The notes under the pieces: model-generated
Databases searched by the model: none
What the model was told of the DNA's origin: nothing
Seen by the model: the letters and a program-made list of their open reading frames with translations, nothing else
Position numbers and translations under genes: made by a program
Origin: Myxococcaceae bacterium
GTDB taxonomy: Bacteria; Myxococcota; Myxococcia; Myxococcales; Myxococcaceae
Assembly (NCBI GenBank): GCA_046351675.1
Contig: JAXLYB010000002.1
Location: 1-64,000, forward strand
Reading direction: 5' to 3'
DNA: 64,000 bases
Shown here: positions 46,336-55,969 of the stretch, in pieces
How the letters are laid out: each line of letters starts with the position of its first letter
Numbering within the stretch: the first letter of the stretch is position 1

Positions 46336-48782
46336 CGCCCGAGCGCTGGCAGCGCGTTCGCCAGCTGTTCGACGCGGTCGCCGAGCTCGCCCCGCCCGAG
46401 CGCGAGGCGCGGCTGGCACGCGAAGAGCCCGAGCTCGCCGCCGAGGTGCGCGCCCTCTTGAAGGCCGACGAGGCCGCCGGAGAATTCCTCGAGAAGCCCG
46501 CGGTGCTCGTGCCGGAGACCGTGGCGCAGGGCACGCGGCTGGGCCCCTATGAGGTGGTGCGCGAGCTCGGCCACGGCGGCATGGGCACCGTCTTCCTCGC
46601 GCGGCGCGCTGACGACGCCTTCCACAAGCAGGTGGCGGTGAAGGTGGTGCGGCGCGGGCTCGACTCCGAGCACGTGCTCGAGCGCTTCGAGGCGGAGCGG
46701 CGAATCCTCGCGACGCTCGAGCACCCGTCGATCGCCCGCATCATCGACGCGGGCAGCACCAGCGACGGCCGGCCGTGGTTCGCGATGGACTTCATCGAGG
46801 GCCGCTCGCTCACCGAGCACTGCCGCGCGACCTCACCGTCGGTGCGCGCGCGCGTCGAGCTGATGCGCGAGGTGTGCGGCGTGGTGCAGTACGCGCACAG
46901 CCGCCTCGTGGTGCACCGCGACCTGAAGCCCAGCAACATCCTGGTGAGCGCCGACGGCGCGCCGCACTTGCTCGACTTCGGCCTCGCGAAGGTGCTGCGC
47001 GACGACGGTGATGACGGTGCGCGCACCGCCACGCAGCAACGCTGGCTCACGCCCGACTACGCGAGCCCCGAGCAGGTGCGCGGAGAGCGCGTCACCACCG
47101 CGTCCGACGTGCACGGACTGGGGCTGCTGCTGCACGAGGTGCTCACCGGCACGCATCCCCTGCGACGCGACTCGGCCGACGACACGCTCAAGGCCATCGT
47201 CGACACGCAGCCCGCCCCTCCGAGCGCGTCGCTGCGCGCGAGTGGAGCGCCCAACCTCGCCGACCTCGACGCCATCGTGCTCAAGGCGCTGCGGAAGGAA
47301 CCCGAGGGCCGCTACGCCACTGCGGAGGCGCTCGCCGATGATCTCGGCCGCTGGCTCGAGGGGCTGCCCGTGCGCGCGGCGAAGGGCTCGACGCGCTACC
47401 AGCTCGCGCGGTTCCTGCGGCGCAACCGTGGCGCGGTGCTCGCGGTGAGCGCGGTGTTCGTCTCGTTGATCAGCGGTCTCGTCGCCACCCTCTGGGAAGC
47501 GCGCATCGCCCGGCAGCAGACCGCGCTCGCGCAGCGGCGCTACGCCGAGCTCCGCCAGCTCGCGAGCACGGCGCTGTTCGAGATCCACGACGCGGTGCGC
47601 GAGGTGCCGGGCAACACGGTGGCGAGCGCGTTGATCGTCAAGCGGTCCACCGAGTACCTCGATCGGCTCGCGGCCGACGCCGGCGACGACCCCGAGTTGC
47701 TCCGCGAGCTCGCGCGCGCCTGGTCGCGTCTCGGCCTGAGCCTCTCGGCCTCGTCGGGCGGCGGCGTGGTGGGTGACAGCGCGGGCGCGCGCCAGAGCCT
47801 CGAGCGCGCGCTCGAGCTGCAGCAGAAGTTGATCGCGAAGGCGGGTGTCGACGACGACTGGCGCGAGCTCGCGAAGATCGAGATGCGGCTGTCCGACGTG
47901 CTGCTCACGCTGGGCAAGTCAGACGAGGCGCTGGTGCAGGCGCGCAACTCCGTGGCGGCCGCGCTGAAGGACCCGTCACCCGAGCGCCCCACGCGCACGC
48001 AGCTCGCCGGCAGCTACCAGACGCTGGCCTTCGTGCTCGAGGCGCGAGAGGCGCATGGCGAGGCGCTCGAGGCGGTGCGCGCTGGCCGCGCCGTGCTGCA
48101 GGAACTGAGCGTGCGCATTCCCGGTGACGCGGACCTCGAGAGCTCGATCATCGCGTCGCTCCGGCAAGAAGGCGCGGTGCTCACCGCGAGTGATCAGCTC
48201 GACTCCGCGCGAACCGTGCTCGAGGCGGCGGTGGATGCGGGCACGAAGCTCGCGGAGGCGCACCCCACGCGCGTCTTCCGCCGCAACCTCTCGCTGGCGG
48301 AGAACTCGCTGGGCAACGTGCTCCACGAGCTGAAGGACTACGCGGCGGCGCTGGTGCATTACGAGCGCTCGCTCGCGCTGCGGTCGGCGCTGCTCGCTGA
48401 AGATCCGCGCGACGCCGACGCGGGCTGGCTGGTGCTCGCCGCGAACTACGAGCGCGCCGAGTGCCTCGAGCACCTCGAGCGCTTCGATGAGGGGCTCGCC
48501 GACGCCGACGCGGTGAACGCCGCCGCGGTGCAGCTCGCGGCGAAAGATCCCAACGACACCGTGCTCGCCACCAAGCTCGCCAGCTACGAGGCCCTCGTCG
48601 CCGACCTGTTCGCCGATCGCGCGGAGAAGGAGAAGCGGCCCGACGACCTCGTCAGCGCCCGACGGTGGATCGCGCTGGCGCACCAGCGGCTCGAGGCCCT
48701 GGCGGGTGCTGGAAAGCTCTCCGACCGCAGCACGCTCGACGAGGTCGCCGACCGCCGGAAAGAGCTCGAAGCAAAGCCGTAA
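46332..48782 (+). CDS. Ser/Thr protein kinase with TM helix and C-terminal TPR domain, coupled to the ECF sigma
   Basis: Motifs GHGGMGTVF, VAVKVV, HRDLKPSNILV, DFGLAK. TM segment AVLAVSAVFVSLISGLVATLW. TPR-like C-terminal region. Confidence 0.85.
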   Translation: MTPERWQRVRQLFDAVAELAPPEREARLAREEPELAAEVRALLKADEAAGEFLEKPAVLVPETVAQGTRLGPYEVVRELGHGGMGTVFLARRADDAFHKQVAVKVVRRGLDSEHVLERFEAERRILATLEHPSIARIIDAGSTSDGRPWFAMDFIEGRSLTEHCRATSPSVRARVELMREVCGVVQYAHSRLVVHRDLKPSNILVSADGAPHLLDFGLAKVLRDDGDDGARTATQQRWLTPDYASPEQVRGERVTTASDVHGLGLLLHEVLTGTHPLRRDSADDTLKAIVDTQPAPPSASLRASGAPNLADLDAIVLKALRKEPEGRYATAEALADDLGRWLEGLPVRAAKGSTRYQLARFLRRNRGAVLAVSAVFVSLISGLVATLWEARIARQQTALAQRRYAELRQLASTALFEIHDAVREVPGNTVASALIVKRSTEYLDRLAADAGDDPELLRELARAWSRLGLSLSASSGGGVVGDSAGARQSLERALELQQKLIAKAGVDDDWRELAKIEMRLSDVLLTLGKSDEALVQARNSVAAALKDPSPERPTRTQLAGSYQTLAFVLEAREAHGEALEAVRAGRAVLQELSVRIPGDADLESSIIASLRQEGAVLTASDQLDSARTVLEAAVDAGTKLAEAHPTRVFRRNLSLAENSLGNVLHELKDYAAALVHYERSLALRSALLAEDPRDADAGWLVLAANYERAECLEHLERFDEGLADADAVNAAAVQLAAKDPNDTVLATKLASYEALVADLFADRAEKEKRPDDLVSARRWIALAHQRLEALAGAGKLSDRSTLDEVADRRKELEAKP

Positions 48783-48833
48783 CCTGCCGGAACCACGGTT
48801 TTTGAGCCTGTTTTCCGCGCTCCTGCGCGTCTG
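48783..48833 (+). terminator. Possible intrinsic terminator / T-rich tract after the kinase gene
   Basis: ccggaaccacggtttttgagcctgttttcc. The T runs are unusual in this 70% GC context, but the stem is weak. Confidence 0.2.
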
Positions 48834-49778
48834 TTGATGAAGGCCCTCGAGGCCTCCACCAACTCGAACAGGAGCAACTCCATGTCCCTCATCGGCTCGC
48901 TGACCAACAAGGTGTCGACCGCAGTGCAGACCGCCACGCAGAACGTCGAGCAGAAGACCGAGCAGGCCGTCGAGACGCTGAAGTCGACGCCGGCCGTCGT
49001 CGCCGACAGCTTCGAGCACGCGCCCACGCTCTACGACGCCGGCGCGCATCGGCCCGGTCGCCTCACGCACGACGTCACGTTCACGCGCGGCCGCTCGTTC
49101 GACGTCGAGGGCCAGCACGGCCTGGCGGGCGTGCGGGGGCACGCGTTCACGCAGCGCGCGGCGACGGTGGTGAGCGCGGGCGCCGACGCGTTCGCGGGCA
49201 TCAAGGAATCGCAGACGAAGGTGAAGGCCAACGGTGATTCCGACTCGGTGGCCGTGAAGCTCGGCGTCGAGGGCAGCGTGTCGGCGTTCGCGGGCACGGT
49301 GAATGGTGTGAAGGCGCACGTGCAGGCCGGCGCCGAGTTCACCGAGAAGACGGTGACGCGCGAAGACCTGGGCGACGGGCGCCAGCTCAAGCACGAGCAC
49401 ACCGTGAAGGGGTTGTGGGGCGGCGTCGCCGAGGCGGGCGCGCAGGTGGGCAGCGTCACCGGCGCGAACGTCGACCTCTTCGCCGGCGCGCGCGGTGGTG
49501 GTGAGGCGCGCTGGGCGGTGGTGGATGGCAGCCAGGAAGCCGCGGGCGTCGGAGTGCGCGGCATGGGGATGATGGGCGTCGGTGTGAAGGCCGACTTCGA
49601 GGCTGGGTACGACGTCGACCGGCACCAGACGCGCGTCTCGGGCGGCGTCGGCGCGGCGCTCGTCGTCGGTGGCTACGCCGGGGGTGAGGTGACCGTGGGG
49701 GGGCCCGACGAGTCGCCGCGCCGTGAGCCGGAGCTGGGCCGCGCGGTCGACTTCGTGCGCGGGCGAATCACCGGCTGA
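48834..49778 (+). CDS. Hypothetical Gly/Ala/Val-rich protein
   Basis: GC3-biased ORF with repetitive G-x-V/A-x beta-like segments. No recognisable family. The antisense ORF 47976..50075 is rejected. Confidence 0.5.
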   Translation: MMKALEASTNSNRSNSMSLIGSLTNKVSTAVQTATQNVEQKTEQAVETLKSTPAVVADSFEHAPTLYDAGAHRPGRLTHDVTFTRGRSFDVEGQHGLAGVRGHAFTQRAATVVSAGADAFAGIKESQTKVKANGDSDSVAVKLGVEGSVSAFAGTVNGVKAHVQAGAEFTEKTVTREDLGDGRQLKHEHTVKGLWGGVAEAGAQVGSVTGANVDLFAGARGGGEARWAVVDGSQEAAGVGVRGMGMMGVGVKADFEAGYDVDRHQTRVSGGVGAALVVGGYAGGEVTVGGPDESPRREPELGRAVDFVRGRITG

Positions 49779-49931
49779 GCGCTGCGTGCGTGTGACGTTT
49801 CCAGCGCGCGCCGCCGGAAGCGTCGAGGCGCGGCAGGCCTCAGGGGACGCGGGGGTGACGGGTCTCGGCCGTGCACCGCGCGAGCAGCCCCTCGACTGCG
49901 AGCGAAGTTCACGCACGGTGGGGCCGACGCG

Positions 49932-49970
49932 GGTGCGGAAAATGGGCTGTGGCAGCGTTATCCGCACCGC
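49932..49970 (-). other. Conserved stem-loop motif, copy 2 (reverse orientation)
   Basis: The plus strand reads ggtgcggaaaatgggctgtggcagcgttatccgcaccgc. This is the reverse complement of copy 1 with 36 of 39 positions identical. It lies about 180 nt downstream of minus-strand gene 50150..50887. Confidence 0.5.
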
Positions 49971-50149
49971 GGTCGAGGTCGCTGGGCAGAGAAGTTGTTC
50001 TCCCAGAGCATTTTCTCTACCCGGTGACCCGAACGACGACTGAGTGAACGAGTCACGGCCCGCAGCGAGGGGCACCTGCGCTGTTCGGCACGGCCTCAGG
50101 CCACCAGCACGCCCGCCACCCTCGAGGCTGATCAGCGTCCCGCTCGACC

Positions 50150-50887
50150 TCAGAAGCCCACCCCGAGCTGCGCCGAGCCACCCAGACGCACCGGCCCCAG
50201 CGCCGTCGCCTCCACCGCGAACGCCAGGAACGCGTGCTTCACCTGCACCCGCACCCCGACGCGCCCACCGAGCGAGAACGCCGTGCCCTTGTACGTCGCC
50301 GGCTGCCCATCGATGACCAACTGAGTCGTGAGGTGCTCGAAGTCACCGAGCACGTCGAGGAACGGCGTCACGTGCCGAAACGGAAACTCGTACCCGATGC
50401 CGGTGCGCAGGTCCCACATCGACACCGAGCGCACCAGCACGTCGTGGCTCAGCCCGTCTGACAACACGACCGACTGCGCCGAGCTCGACGGCCTGAAGTT
50501 GATGAACGGAAACCGCACGCCAGTCGTGACGCGAATGCCGTTGGTCACCAGCCGCGACTCCAGCGTCGCGCCCGCGAGCACCGACGAGCGAAACGGAGGC
50601 CCGAGGAACGGCTCGGTCACGCTGCCGGCCACCGCGGGGTTCGAGTCACTGGGCGTCAGCTCGAGGCCGCGCACGGTCTCGTCGGTCCACTGCCCGAGGT
50701 AGCCGAACGACAGCTCGCCGTGCGTGCGCTGCCACGTCTTCAGCGCGGGGTCGTCCTCGACCGGCGGCGCGGGCCGGCGCGCGAGACAGTCGGAGACACA
50801 GTCACTCACCTCGCCCGCCTCCTCGAAGAGCGAGGGCTGGGGCGCAGCGGCGACCGACAACGAGAGCGCGAGGAGGAGTGGGGTCAT
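50150..50887 (-). CDS. Secreted beta-rich (outer-membrane beta-barrel-like) protein
   Basis: Signal peptide MTPLLLALSLSVAAAP. Alternating beta pattern. C-terminal aromatic residue (F). Confidence 0.55.
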   Translation of the reverse strand: MTPLLLALSLSVAAAPQPSLFEEAGEVSDCVSDCLARRPAPPVEDDPALKTWQRTHGELSFGYLGQWTDETVRGLELTPSDSNPAVAGSVTEPFLGPPFRSSVLAGATLESRLVTNGIRVTTGVRFPFINFRPSSSAQSVVLSDGLSHDVLVRSVSMWDLRTGIGYEFPFRHVTPFLDVLGDFEHLTTQLVIDGQPATYKGTAFSLGGRVGVRVQVKHAFLAFAVEATALGPVRLGGSAQLGVGF

Positions 50888-50996
50888 GTCCCGCTCCCAC
50901 AGCAACCCGCTCGCCCACGCAGATCCGCGCCACCACGGGGCGTGACACGGGCATGACGTGCGCAACCTGCGCAACCGGGGCAGCCCCGGCAGGCGC

Positions 50997-51008
50997 GTGC
51001 AATTGCAC
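50997..51008. promoter_or_regulatory. Perfect 12-bp palindrome GTGCAATTGCAC in a divergent promoter region
   Basis: It sits between divergent genes 50150..50887 (-) and 51035..51937 (+). A nearby direct repeat (tgcgcaacc x2) and the hairpin ccggggcagccccgg at about 50975-50989 are also present. Confidence 0.3.
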
Positions 51009-51034
51009 CGCAACGTGCGCCCGCGCGGACTACG

Positions 51035-51937
51035 GTGCAGCCCATGCCCGTTCTGGTTTCTGGAGCCCGCCCCCCGCTCGGGGTTGTGGCACTGCTGGCC
51101 TCGACGCTGCTCGCCTCGAGCACACTCGCGCAGCCCGCCCCGTCGACCCCGAAGACCGAGAAGCCGCGCCTGGTGGTGACCGACTTCGCCGCGCAGAAGG
51201 CGCTGCCCGAAGAGGCGCAGGCCATCGGCGACGCGGTGGTGACCTACCTCGCCGCGCGCGGCCTGTTCGAGGTCGTCGGCCCGCGCGACATCCAGACCAT
51301 TCTCGGCGTGGAACGTCAGCGCCAGCTGCTCGGCGCGTGCGCGAGCGACACGCTGGCGTGCAGCGCCGACGTGGTGAAGCTCATCTCGGCGCGCTTCGTG
51401 TTGTCGGGCCAGCTCGCGAAGGTCGGCAGCGCGTACCAGCTGACGCTGCAGCTCATCGACACCGAGAAGTCGCAGACCGCCAGCCGCAGCAGCAAGCTCG
51501 CCGGCACCCTCGAAGACCTCCGCGCGCTGGTGCCGTACGCCGCGTCGGAAGCGACCGGCTCTCCGTTGCCTCCGCCGCCCTCGCGCGCGCTGCCCATCAC
51601 GCTGCTCGCGGTCGGCGGCGTCACGCTGCTCTCCGGCGGCGGGGTCGAGGTGCTCGCCCTCTCGAAGGAAAGCCAGCTCAACGACGAGCTCTGCCCGGGC
51701 GGCCCGCAGCCTGACGGGCGCTGCAGCGGCATCAACCTGCGGCCCCGCACCTTCTACGTGCAGCAGCAGCAGCAGCTCACCGTGCAGAAGATCGTCGGCA
51801 TCGGCGTGATGGCCGCGGGCGCGCTGCTGGTGGGCCTGGGGGTGTGGCTCATGCCGCCCGAAGACGCGCGGGCGAGGATTTCCCTGCGCCTGGTGCCCAC
51901 GCCCACGGGCCTCGCGCTCGCCGGAGGGTTCTTCTGA
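51035..51937 (+). CDS. Secreted, C-terminally membrane-anchored protein. Paralog of 57065..57841.
   Basis: Signal peptide, conserved core and a C-terminal TM segment, ending ...GLALAGGFF. Clear paralogy to 57065..57841 (ERQRQLLGACASDTLAC vs ERQKELLGCKDEAC). Confidence 0.6.
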   Translation: MQPMPVLVSGARPPLGVVALLASTLLASSTLAQPAPSTPKTEKPRLVVTDFAAQKALPEEAQAIGDAVVTYLAARGLFEVVGPRDIQTILGVERQRQLLGACASDTLACSADVVKLISARFVLSGQLAKVGSAYQLTLQLIDTEKSQTASRSSKLAGTLEDLRALVPYAASEATGSPLPPPPSRALPITLLAVGGVTLLSGGGVEVLALSKESQLNDELCPGGPQPDGRCSGINLRPRTFYVQQQQQLTVQKIVGIGVMAAGALLVGLGVWLMPPEDARARISLRLVPTPTGLALAGGFF

Positions 51938-54309
51938 TGATCCGCCGCGGACTGTGGTTGGTGCTGGGCCTCGTCGTCGCGCTCGGCGCGTGCACCGGGG
52001 TGTTCTTCGACAAGGGCAACGCCTTCCCCTGTGACTTCTCGAAGGGGCCGGGCGCGCGCGACGCGGTGTGCGTGAGCGGTGACGTGTGCGGCACCGACAA
52101 CCTGTGCCACCCGTTCATCTACGAAGGCCCGCGCTTCGAGGGCCCGGCGACGATTCCCACCTTCGAAGACAGTGAGTTCGTGCCGCTGCACCCGGTGACG
52201 CTCGATCAGCCCATCATCGCGGTGGTGCGCAAGGCCGAGAAGGACGGCGCCTTCGTGCAGCTCGCCGACGGCTCCTGGTTCGAGGTGAGCGGGCTCGACC
52301 GGGTCACGCGCTCGCCCGCGTGGACGGTGCTCGACGACGGCTTCGCCGCCACCCTCGGGGCCGGCCCGTCAGCGAGCGACGTCATCATCGGGCTCGACGC
52401 GAACGGGCAGATCATCGTGCAGAAGCGCGTCGGACCGACGCTGATGATCAACACCATCCCCACGGGGATCACCGCGCGGCACATTCGCGGTTCGAACGAC
52501 GGCCCGCCGCGGCTCCCGGTCGAGGAACCCGTGGTGCTGCGGGTCAACACTATGAACGAGCTGTCGGAGCTCACCATCGGCGTCGACGGCGGGATGCCGA
52601 CGGTGGCCGAAGTGTCGCTTGGCAGCGGCTTCATGGGCACTGCGCTCGACGTCGCGATGCTGGCCACCGGGCGGACCTTCACGCCCATCGTCACCACCAC
52701 CAACGGGCTCTTCATCGGCGACAACGACGGTGGCTTCGACCTCGTCACCACCCGCGCCAGCGTGGGCCGCGCGAAGTTCCGCCTCAACGACGCCAACACG
52801 CTGCTGGTCGAGCAGGTCGGCGACGACGACATCGCCGCGTGGTTCGTCGACGTCGACCCCACCAAGAGCTACCACCTGCTCTCGCCCGCGTGGCCGCAGT
52901 GCCAGCCGTGTCGAGCCGACGAGAGCATCGAGCTCGCCACGCCCGTGCCGCCGCGCCTGGGCTTCGCGGTCGAGGTGCTGTGCCGCTCGAAGGAAACCGG
53001 CGACCGCACGCTCCACCGCGTCGAAGGTGCAGTGGGCGCGACCGGTCGCCAGCCGTGCCTGTCGACCGAGCTCGACTTCCCGCTCGACGAGGCGCAGCTC
53101 GCGACGGCTCCCGGGCCCGACGGAGGTCCGCGGCTGGTTGGCGCAGCGATCCTCGAAGGGGTCGCCGTGGGCGGGAAGAACGGCGAGCTGTGGCGCGGCG
53201 AGACGCTCTCCTCGGTGCTCCCGGTCGCGCTCGAGCGCGTGCCGACCCACGTCTTCGAGTTGCCCATTCTCAACGACGCGCCGCCGCTGCTGGGCGTGCT
53301 CACCGACCGCTACCCGGCGGCGGCCACCGACGACTTCAAGGCGGGGCTCCCCATGGGCTTCCGCCGCATCAACCTCTCCGAGGGCTTCGGGGCCGCGCAG
53401 GACGTGCGCATCATCGCGCCGGTGCGCGGCGCACCGGGCTGGGTGATCGAGAACAACGGCCTGCTCACCCGCGCCTCGGTCGACGACACCACCGGTGACC
53501 CGCTCATCGAGTTCGGCCCGCACCTCACGACCGCCGCGGGTGACGACATTCGCTCGAGCATCGGCGGCGAGGCGTACTCGCAAGACGGCGGCCTGCGCGC
53601 GCTCTTCGTCGCCGCCGACGACGGCCTCTACTTCGTGAAGGACCCCGAGGGCCCGTCGCTGGGCGACACCTTCGACCTCACGCCCGAGCTCATTCCCGAG
53701 CCGTCGGTGCCGATTCGCAGCCTCGCGCTCGAGCGCACGCCGCTGGGCACTGATGGCCTCACGCGCGCCCGCGGGTACCTCGTCACCTCGCGCAACGTCT
53801 ACGAGTGGAAGTTCGGCGGCACGCCCCCGCGGTGGACCTCGCGGCCCCTGAACATCGCCGGCGGCGAGCCGCTCGAGGTGTGGTTCGACCGCGAGAAGAG
53901 CGCGCTGGGACGCGTGGGCTTCAGCGATGGCCGCATCTTCACGCTGCCCGGCGGCTACCAGCTCGCGGAATCGATTCCCGGCGACGACACCGAGACCGTC
54001 TCGCTCATCGACTACGAGAACTTCGGCGGCTGGCCCGTCGCGCTCGCCACCACTGGCCTCTACGTCGCGCGGTGGGACACCGACGCCAGGGGGAAGCTGC
54101 AGAACCACTTCCCCGACGGCGGCCTCAACCGCCCGATGGAATGGCACGAGATCGTGCTGCCCGACGGCGGCCGCCCGTGGATGAAGGGCGACCAGACCGA
54201 AGGGAAGCTCTTCGTGCAGGACGTGCCGCTCGACGGCGGCACGCACCAGTTCAAGCTCTTCGTCTTCACGCCCAACCTGGTGATGCAGGTCGGCGCGTAC
54301 GAGCGCTGA
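51937..54309 (+). CDS. Large hypothetical lipoprotein
   Basis: Lipobox LVVALGAC. 790 aa. Start overlaps the upstream stop (TGATG). Confidence 0.65.
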   Translation: MIRRGLWLVLGLVVALGACTGVFFDKGNAFPCDFSKGPGARDAVCVSGDVCGTDNLCHPFIYEGPRFEGPATIPTFEDSEFVPLHPVTLDQPIIAVVRKAEKDGAFVQLADGSWFEVSGLDRVTRSPAWTVLDDGFAATLGAGPSASDVIIGLDANGQIIVQKRVGPTLMINTIPTGITARHIRGSNDGPPRLPVEEPVVLRVNTMNELSELTIGVDGGMPTVAEVSLGSGFMGTALDVAMLATGRTFTPIVTTTNGLFIGDNDGGFDLVTTRASVGRAKFRLNDANTLLVEQVGDDDIAAWFVDVDPTKSYHLLSPAWPQCQPCRADESIELATPVPPRLGFAVEVLCRSKETGDRTLHRVEGAVGATGRQPCLSTELDFPLDEAQLATAPGPDGGPRLVGAAILEGVAVGGKNGELWRGETLSSVLPVALERVPTHVFELPILNDAPPLLGVLTDRYPAAATDDFKAGLPMGFRRINLSEGFGAAQDVRIIAPVRGAPGWVIENNGLLTRASVDDTTGDPLIEFGPHLTTAAGDDIRSSIGGEAYSQDGGLRALFVAADDGLYFVKDPEGPSLGDTFDLTPELIPEPSVPIRSLALERTPLGTDGLTRARGYLVTSRNVYEWKFGGTPPRWTSRPLNIAGGEPLEVWFDREKSALGRVGFSDGRIFTLPGGYQLAESIPGDDTETVSLIDYENFGGWPVALATTGLYVARWDTDARGKLQNHFPDGGLNRPMEWHEIVLPDGGRPWMKGDQTEGKLFVQDVPLDGGTHQFKLFVFTPNLVMQVGAYER

Positions 54310-54322
54310 TCAGCCTCACTGA

Positions 54323-55969
54323 TCAGCGCCTGGGCACCACCACGCCACCCGCTGGCGTGTTCGCCTTCGCGAAGTCGACCACCACGTCGAACCACGCGCG
54401 CACCTCGGTGCCGGGCAGGTCGGCGCCCGCGAGCGGGTCGAGGTGCGAGAAGCCGGGGTTCGACACCGCGCGAAAGCCCTCGGGCTCGGACCGCGTGCGC
54501 CCCTCGTTCGGCCGCCCCGCACCGACCGGCGCCATCAGGTCGCGCAGCCCGTCGTAGGCGGTGACGTCGCCCTTCAGAATGCCCGCCGCCTCGGCCAGCA
54601 CCGGCACGGCCAGCTCGCGGCCGCGCGTCGCGCGCACGCCGTAGCCCGTCACCGGCCAGTCGCCGGGCGCGAGCGTGAGCGTCGAGGCCAGCGCGGAGTC
54701 GAGCGCCAACCGCATCGGGAAGTACCACTCACCAAAGTCTGCGCCCGGGCGTGTCCACGTGAGCGCGAACTCCGAGAGCGACGTCGGCTCGGGCGGAGAG
54801 AGCTGGTCGAACTCCTTCCACGTGAAGGTCTGGGTGCTCGGCGCCGGCTTCTGCACCGGGTCGCTGCCGAACAGCGGCGTCGCGGGCACGAGCGGCCCGT
54901 CGGTCGCGCCCGCGTTGACCGCGGCGATGGAGACGGGGCACGTCGTGGCGTCGAACGCCAACCCGAACGCGGCGCGGTTGGTCATGCGCGGCAGGTTGCT
55001 CGAGAGGAAGAGCAGCTCGAGCGCCTCGCGCCGCGGGCGGTCGACCTCCACCGCGTCGGGGTTCCACGTCGCGCGCAGCGCGGTGCCCACGCTGACGGGG
55101 AAGAGCTTCACGTCGAGCAGCGGGAACGCGAAGAACCGCGACGTCGCGCGCACCTGCGCGAGCTGGGGCTTCGCTCCGCCGAACATGCCGCCCGACAGGC
55201 CGGTGGTCTCGTACTCGTCGCGCGTCAGCGTGAAGGGTTGGCCGGGCGAGCCAGTGACGCCGTCGATCAGCACCAGCCCCGCGAGCTCGTCATCGCCGCG
55301 GGCACCGTCGAAGTCCCACGCGGCGAAGGCCGAGACGATGGCCGCTCCGAGCGAGTGGCCGGCGAGCACCACGCGCGCGCGACGCTGGTCGGCCGGCACC
55401 AGCGCGAGCACCGCGCGCAGATCATCGATGGTCGAGACGAGGCCCCATTCCGACTCGAAGGCCAGCTCGTCCTGGGTGTGAAAGCCGGGGAACGTCGTGC
55501 CGTCGGCCAGCGGCGTGCGGTCGACGTAGTAGCTGCCGATGAGGCCGGCGTTCTGCGCCGCCAGCGCCGCGTCGATGCCCGCGCGGTCTTCGAGCCCGTT
55601 GGAGCGCCGGTCGATGGCCCACGCCTCCAGCGCGGCCTCCGCGCTCGAGCGGCGCACGATGGCCCGCGCGAGGGCGTCGAACGAGCCCGCACCGCCGAGG
55701 AAGCCCGGCATCAGCACCACGATGGCGCGCGCGGGCCGCGGGGCAGCGGTGCCGGTGTCGACGCGGTAGCGAACCACGGTCACCGCGTCGAGCTCGTCGG
55801 GCGTCGCGGCGCCGGTGAGCGGGTTGGGCGGCGGCTTCGGGGTGCTCACCCGCATCAATTCCCGGCGAATGGCGACCCCACCCTGCGGCGCCTCGATGAC
55901 CGCGGGGTCAGGCGCCGGCGGAGTGCACCCGCACGCGACGACCAGCAGCGCCCCGAGGACTCTCGTCAT
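54323..55969 (-). CDS. Alpha/beta hydrolase (lipase/esterase-like) lipoprotein
   Basis: Lipobox LLVVACGC. GHSLGAAIV nucleophile elbow. Stop/start overlap (ATGA) with the upstream gene. The antisense ORF 54443..56509 is rejected. Confidence 0.7.
   Translation of the reverse strand: MTRVLGALLVVACGCTPPAPDPAVIEAPQGGVAIRRELMRVSTPKPPPNPLTGAATPDELDAVTVVRYRVDTGTAAPRPARAIVVLMPGFLGGAGSFDALARAIVRRSSAEAALEAWAIDRRSNGLEDRAGIDAALAAQNAGLIGSYYVDRTPLADGTTFPGFHTQDELAFESEWGLVSTIDDLRAVLALVPADQRRARVVLAGHSLGAAIVSAFAAWDFDGARGDDELAGLVLIDGVTGSPGQPFTLTRDEYETTGLSGGMFGGAKPQLAQVRATSRFFAFPLLDVKLFPVSVGTALRATWNPDAVEVDRPRREALELLFLSSNLPRMTNRAAFGLAFDATTCPVSIAAVNAGATDGPLVPATPLFGSDPVQKPAPSTQTFTWKEFDQLSPPEPTSLSEFALTWTRPGADFGEWYFPMRLALDSALASTLTLAPGDWPVTGYGVRATRGRELAVPVLAEAAGILKGDVTAYDGLRDLMAPVGAGRPNEGRTRSEPEGFRAVSNPGFSHLDPLAGADLPGTEVRAWFDVVVDFAKANTPAGGVVVPRR

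Noticed and set aside
47976-50075. 699-aa minus-strand ORF
   Set aside because: It is antisense to the kinase C-terminus and the hypothetical gene 48834..49778, with Arg/Gly-rich junk composition.
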